Source: Nitrospirales bacterium (lineage in GTDB: Bacteria > Nitrospirota > Nitrospiria > Nitrospirales > UBA8639). From it: a stretch of 64,000 nt of DNA. Numbering within the stretch: position 1 is the first letter of the stretch; each line of letters begins with the position of its first letter. Positions 59,807-64,000 of this stretch are shown here, piece by piece. Where the stretch lies: contig CBDCWC010000003.1 in the NCBI GenBank assembly GCA_965223295.1, forward strand, positions 896,001 through 960,000, in the 5' to 3' direction. A model generated the notes under the pieces. It ran no database searches. It had not been told where the DNA came from and saw nothing but the letters and a program-made list of their open reading frames with translations. The translations under genes and the position numbers were made by a program.

Positions 59807-60766
59807 TTACTGATTCATAATTGCCACCGTTCGTTCGACGACATCTTTGTTGCCAATGATGAGGGCTGTGCGCTGGTGCAATTTTTTAGGCTCTATATCC
59901 AAAATTCGTTCCTTACCTGAGGAGGCGGCACCACCGGCTTGTTCAGCAATAAAAGCTAGGGGGTTGGCTTCATACATGAGACGCAGTTTTCCTTCAGGAC
60001 TTTTCTTCGTGCTGGGGTACAAGAAAATCCCGCCTTTGAGCAAATTCCGGTGAAAATCGGCAACAAGAGATCCCACATATCGAAGAGAATAGGCACTGCG
60101 CAGCTCTTCCACCGCTTTTTGAGTGTCAGAATCCAGCCCCTTAAAATTCCCTTCATTAATGCTGTAACACGAGTTCTTCTCTGGAATACGAATATTGGAG
60201 TTGGTAAGCCGAAATATTCCATCAGCCGGATCAAGCGTAAAACCTTGAACGCCTTCCCGAGTGGCCACCACCATCATCGTACAGGACCCATAGACCGTAT
60301 ATACCGCTGCAACTTGTTCAGTCCCTTTTTTCAACAGCAATGAATCCGTAACTTTTTCATCGTCCTCCCGTTTCCAAATTCCCAAGATCGAGCCCACACT
60401 CACGGCCACATCGATATTCGAAGATCCGTCCAATGGGTCCATTTGCACCAAATATTGATGTGTGGAACTATCACCAACAATGACCGTCTCTTCAATTTCT
60501 TCAGAACCAATGGCTGCTACTCGGCCACATTGTTTCAAGGTGTCTACTAAAGCGTCAGAAGAGAAGGTGTCCAAAATCTGGACCACTTCGCCTTGTACAT
60601 TGGTCTCACCTGTGGTCCCGACTGCTTGAGCCAGTACAGCCGCACGGACTTTGGCTTGAATCTGGGAAGCCCCTTCGGCAATACCAGCCACAACAGCTTC
60701 CAGGCCATCGTATTCCTCAGATCCCTTCCAAGATGCTGCTGAATATTCTGCAAGTGTTTGAAACAT
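59807..60766 (-). CDS. fbp: Class 1 fructose-1,6-bisphosphatase
   Basis: SEE, DPLDGSSN, RYVGSLVAD and GKLRLMYE motifs; likely start MFQTL. Confidence 0.95.
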   Translation of the reverse strand: MFQTLAEYSAASWKGSEEYDGLEAVVAGIAEGASQIQAKVRAAVLAQAVGTTGETNVQGEVVQILDTFSSDALVDTLKQCGRVAAIGSEEIEETVIVGDSSTHQYLVQMDPLDGSSNIDVAVSVGSILGIWKREDDEKVTDSLLLKKGTEQVAAVYTVYGSCTMMVVATREGVQGFTLDPADGIFRLTNSNIRIPEKNSCYSINEGNFKGLDSDTQKAVEELRSAYSLRYVGSLVADFHRNLLKGGIFLYPSTKKSPEGKLRLMYEANPLAFIAEQAGGAASSGKERILDIEPKKLHQRTALIIGNKDVVERTVAIMNQ

Positions 60767-60966
60767 AGAGAAAATTGTACTTTGCCCTCTAGAACCCGTC
60801 AATTTTTTGGGAAAATCCAAGTAGATCGGTAGAGGGTAGTTACTGGATTTTTTCATGCTCCTACTTACTCGTATTTCATAGCTATTCAAGTAATCGCACG
60901 AAAGATAGCTGCCTCGATTTTAGATAGAATTAGGATTATCATCGATAACAGAGGGGAGTTATACTT

Positions 60967-61449
60967 ATGGGAAAAGAACTATTGCAATTTCATTGCTTTT
61001 GTATCTTCATTCTCTTCTCAGTCATTAATTTTCCTAAACACTTCGCATTTGGGGAGCTGAATCCCAATGAAATCTTGATGAGTGCCACAAAACTACATTG
61101 CACTTTTAAGGAGGGAGTGGCAACAAGATGGACAGCCCAAGGACCAATCACTGAAAAAGGTGAACTCGAAAAAGAATTTTATACATTTGATTTAATCGAC
61201 CATAAGTTAGGGAAAGCGCGATTAGGAGGAAGTACAGAATATGTGAAAATGAGCCGTTCTCCTTGGGAACTAACATTTTATTTTGTCAATGACAAAAACA
61301 GATTAATTCCAAATAATATTATTTCGGTCTTTGACGACTACCAGGCTGGAACCACAAACTTTTTTTCCGTGTTATCTAGACAAGGAACGATGCATCTCTT
61401 TGGGGGAAGCCATGCAGCTCAATTATATGGAACTTGCAAGGCTATTTAA
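60967..61449 (+). CDS. Hypothetical exported protein
   Basis: GGAG SD, hydrophobic N-terminus, AT-rich. Confidence 0.6.
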   Translation: MGKELLQFHCFCIFILFSVINFPKHFAFGELNPNEILMSATKLHCTFKEGVATRWTAQGPITEKGELEKEFYTFDLIDHKLGKARLGGSTEYVKMSRSPWELTFYFVNDKNRLIPNNIISVFDDYQAGTTNFFSVLSRQGTMHLFGGSHAAQLYGTCKAI

Positions 61450-61602
61450 GTCTATAGGGTTAGTGACAAACCAGAATTTGTCTTCTCTCATCCTGAGCAA
61501 AATCCATCGAGGTCGAAGAAAAGTCGAATCTGGATTCCCGCCTATGCGTAATCACTCTGTTCTTAGGGACAAACGTTAGCTATAGCTAGAAAAAATTGTT
61601 CT

Positions 61603-62277
61603 TTAAAAAAATTGTCTGGCCTTTCGGGTAAATTTATAACAGTATACAAGCTTTTCTTTTCCACCATTTTTTCCGGGGGGCCAGCTGAGTGGGATGGGCT
61701 CGACTGACAAATGAAATTTCTCTTGGAATGCGAGTTGTATGGTGTCTAATCCCAGTCTATTCGGATCACAAAAAATTCCTTTGCCTTCAGGAGCAAGTAC
61801 CTGCTCCAAGAGCCTAGCAATATGGGGCAAGATCTCTTCGTCATAAAAGACTTCACTACCCAAGACAATGTCATAGCAATCTTTCAACTCTATAGTTTCT
61901 GACCAATCCAACGTGCATGTAGAAAAATGAGTGATAGAATTTAAGAGACAGGTCTCCTTGACGGCTTCCAGTGTAATGGGCACCATGTCGGAGAATATGG
62001 TGAATGCTCCAAGCTGTGCCGCGACAACTCCAGGTAGCCCGGTGCCACAGCCAATTTCTAGAACCCTCAATCCTGTAAGCGCGCTTGGGAAATACTGTTG
62101 GATCAGATGTTCTGATAATGCCACGGAAGAAGGCCAAATACGATCCCAATATCCCCAACCAAGGGATTCATCATCGCGTTTATCCAAAGGGATTTCTCCA
62201 GAAATATCCCGCTTTGTCTTGCAGACAATCGAAACATCTCCAATTTGTGGAAGCGTCACGACTCGATGATGACTCAT
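61603..62277 (-). CDS. SAM-dependent methyltransferase (METTL21/family-16-like)
   Basis: 'YW..IWPS', 'VLEIGCGTG', 'LDW' and 'GSEVFY' motifs. Confidence 0.85.
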   Translation of the reverse strand: MSHHRVVTLPQIGDVSIVCKTKRDISGEIPLDKRDDESLGWGYWDRIWPSSVALSEHLIQQYFPSALTGLRVLEIGCGTGLPGVVAAQLGAFTIFSDMVPITLEAVKETCLLNSITHFSTCTLDWSETIELKDCYDIVLGSEVFYDEEILPHIARLLEQVLAPEGKGIFCDPNRLGLDTIQLAFQEKFHLSVEPIPLSWPPGKNGGKEKLVYCYKFTRKARQFF

Positions 62278-62278
62278 T

Positions 62279-62418
62279 GGGCACCTCTAAAACCAGGATT
62301 TTTGTGTGAGGGCAAGGAAGCCACGCCCGGAAAACCGCAGTGTATGGGCGAATACATGAGGAGTTGAGCACGTGGCTGACGCCGCGATCGCGGAAAAGGA
62401 CGGTTTTTAGAGGTGCCC
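62279..62418. mobile_element. MITE-like element, family D, copy 2
   Basis: TIRs gggcacctctaaaa / ttttagaggtgccc; interior matches 34651-34793. Confidence 0.8.
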
Positions 62419-62585
62419 TCATGAAACATCCGTCATGAATAATACATTGTTGTTCACTGATCGCTACCCTGAAAAAATCTTTCGCCGATATGTTCAGCCA
62501 CGATCTACATTGGCATTGTCACATGCCTTTAAGCTAGATTGTGATAGTGAAGTCTCTTTTGCCGCAACCAGGTTAACAGGAGGAC

Positions 62586-63488
62586 ATGAGCGCAATGACC
62601 ATGAACCCGAAACTCAAGGCCGTCCCTAAGCCAAAAACGCCTCAGCCGCTCACTCAGGAAGATCTCCGTTCCTTGTCGTCAAAGCGGGGACTCATGAAGC
62701 TCCTCAAGTCAAAAAGCATTAACCCCAAAAGTGCCTTAGCCACTCTGCGCTATGAAGCAGAGTTACGGCAACTCCAGATTGAGTTGGTAAAGTTACAACG
62801 AGATGTCCAACTCACAGGACGACGAGTGGCTATTATCTTTGAAGGTCGTGATGCGGCAGGTAAAGGGGGTGCGATTCGACGATTCACTGAACACCTGAAT
62901 CCGCGCTCGATGCGAGTAGTGGCCCTGCCCAAACCCACTGAGGTGGAGAAAGGCCAATGGTATTTTCAGCGCTATGTAAAGAATCTGCCCAACCCTGGGG
63001 AAATCGCCTTCTTTGATCGGAGCTGGTACAACCGCGCCGTCGTCGAACCTGTGATGAAATTTTGTAAAAAATCTCAGTACGAAGTGTTCATGCAACAGGT
63101 CCCAGAGTTCGAACATATGTTGTATGAAGACAATATTGAAATCATTAAATTTTGGTTCTCTATTTCAAAGAGTGAACAAGAACGCCGTTTTAAACGCCGC
63201 GTCACCAATCCCTTAAAACAGTGGAAAATTAGCCCTGTTGATAACCAGGCCCAAGAACATTGGGATCTCTATACCACGTATAAAGAAGAAATGTTTAGTA
63301 AGACGCATACCTCCTATGCGCCTTGGGCCATTGTGAAGGCCAACAGCAAAACAAAGGCCAGGCTTGAAGCCATTCGCCATGTGCTGAGCACCCTTCCCTA
63401 TGACGGCAAAGGCGAATCCAAGGTGAATCTCCATCCTGATCCTGGGATTGTCTTACGATTTCATCGACGCAGCAAGGTGGTTGATTAG
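62586..63488 (+). CDS. ppk2: Polyphosphate kinase 2
   Basis: EGRDAAGKGG, FDRSWYNR and LKQWKISP motifs. Confidence 0.95.
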   Translation: MSAMTMNPKLKAVPKPKTPQPLTQEDLRSLSSKRGLMKLLKSKSINPKSALATLRYEAELRQLQIELVKLQRDVQLTGRRVAIIFEGRDAAGKGGAIRRFTEHLNPRSMRVVALPKPTEVEKGQWYFQRYVKNLPNPGEIAFFDRSWYNRAVVEPVMKFCKKSQYEVFMQQVPEFEHMLYEDNIEIIKFWFSISKSEQERRFKRRVTNPLKQWKISPVDNQAQEHWDLYTTYKEEMFSKTHTSYAPWAIVKANSKTKARLEAIRHVLSTLPYDGKGESKVNLHPDPGIVLRFHRRSKVVD

Positions 63489-63597
63489 CCAATGCTTTAC
63501 CCTTACACTTATGACTAATTGACCACATTATCAGATTTTGGTAGAAATACTTAGAATCGTTGCTTGCTATCCCCGCAGGCTGCTTCGAGGAAAAGCC

Positions 63598-64000
63598 ATG
63601 GATACCAACCCATCAAGAAAGCAATGGTCGCGGCGTTCTTTTCTGAAGTTTTCCCTTGCAGGTGCTACCCTCCTTGGAAGCCGGATTCTTCTTCCTGATT
63701 TTGCCTTTTCCTCCTCTCTCCCTGAGGGGAAGCTTCACCTTTACAATACCCACACAGATGAACGACTCAACGTGCAATACCGGTCTCGTTCGGGTCGATA
63801 TGATCGAGAAGCACTGAAAGATATCAATTATCTGCTTCGATGCAATCATTCCAAGAACGTCCATAGGATGGATATCCGCCTGATAGAATTTATGAATGCC
63901 ATTGTAAAGAACGTAGGACGTGGCAAAAATGAAGTCCACATTCATTCTGGTTATCGTTCGCTCGCCTACAATAATTTATTGGTGCTTCATGAAAAAGGCG
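63598..64000 (+). CDS. YcbK/DUF882 (MepK-like, peptidase M15) protein, runs off the window end
   Basis: Not in the ORF track. Tat signal SRRSFLK, 'LYNTHTDE', 'MDIRL' and 'SGYRS' motifs. Confidence 0.85.
   Translation, partial: MDTNPSRKQWSRRSFLKFSLAGATLLGSRILLPDFAFSSSLPEGKLHLYNTHTDERLNVQYRSRSGRYDREALKDINYLLRCNHSKNVHRMDIRLIEFMNAIVKNVGRGKNEVHIHSGYRSLAYNNLLVLHEKG

Noticed and set aside
1-64000. CRISPR array, integron cassette array, prophage or rRNA
   Set aside because: No regularly spaced repeat-spacer units, cas genes, integron integrase, phage structural genes or rRNA-like sequence were seen

Overview
Bacterial chromosomal window, most likely from a nitrite-oxidising Nitrospirota/Nitrospirales genome. 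This is inferred from the contiguous reductive-TCA cluster aclB-aclA-acn-frdB-frdA-sucC-sucD at 44964-55211. Housekeeping blocks (BatD, Gld-like ABC transporter, zwf, pepP, recQ, slyD, fbp, ppk2) alternate with accessory DNA. Highlights: (1) a tRNA-fMet gene split at U33/C34 by a 657-nt group I intron that carries an I-Ssp6803I-like PD-(D/E)XK homing endonuclease in its P1 loop (8831-9564); (2) an AT-rich four-gene module encoding a coiled-coil protein, a membrane protein with a roadblock/longin-like domain and an OmpA-like domain, a Rab/Ras-like small GTPase, and a catalytically degenerate sigma54-activator-like protein (17904-22687), next to a DUF4062-STAND-TPR gene; (3) a c-di-GMP-I riboswitch and a sigma54 promoter upstream of Cys-rich protein / cupredoxin-like / zwf genes; (4) two IS91/ISCR-type 3' ends (oriIS) in direct repeat around a lipoprotein hydrolase gene that an IS3 element has split in frame; (5) an MNT-HEPN toxin-antitoxin cassette flanked by a duplication of the neighbouring gene's start; (6) several families of REP/MITE-like repeats and some pseudogenes. 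All family assignments come from motif recognition by eye, not database searches.
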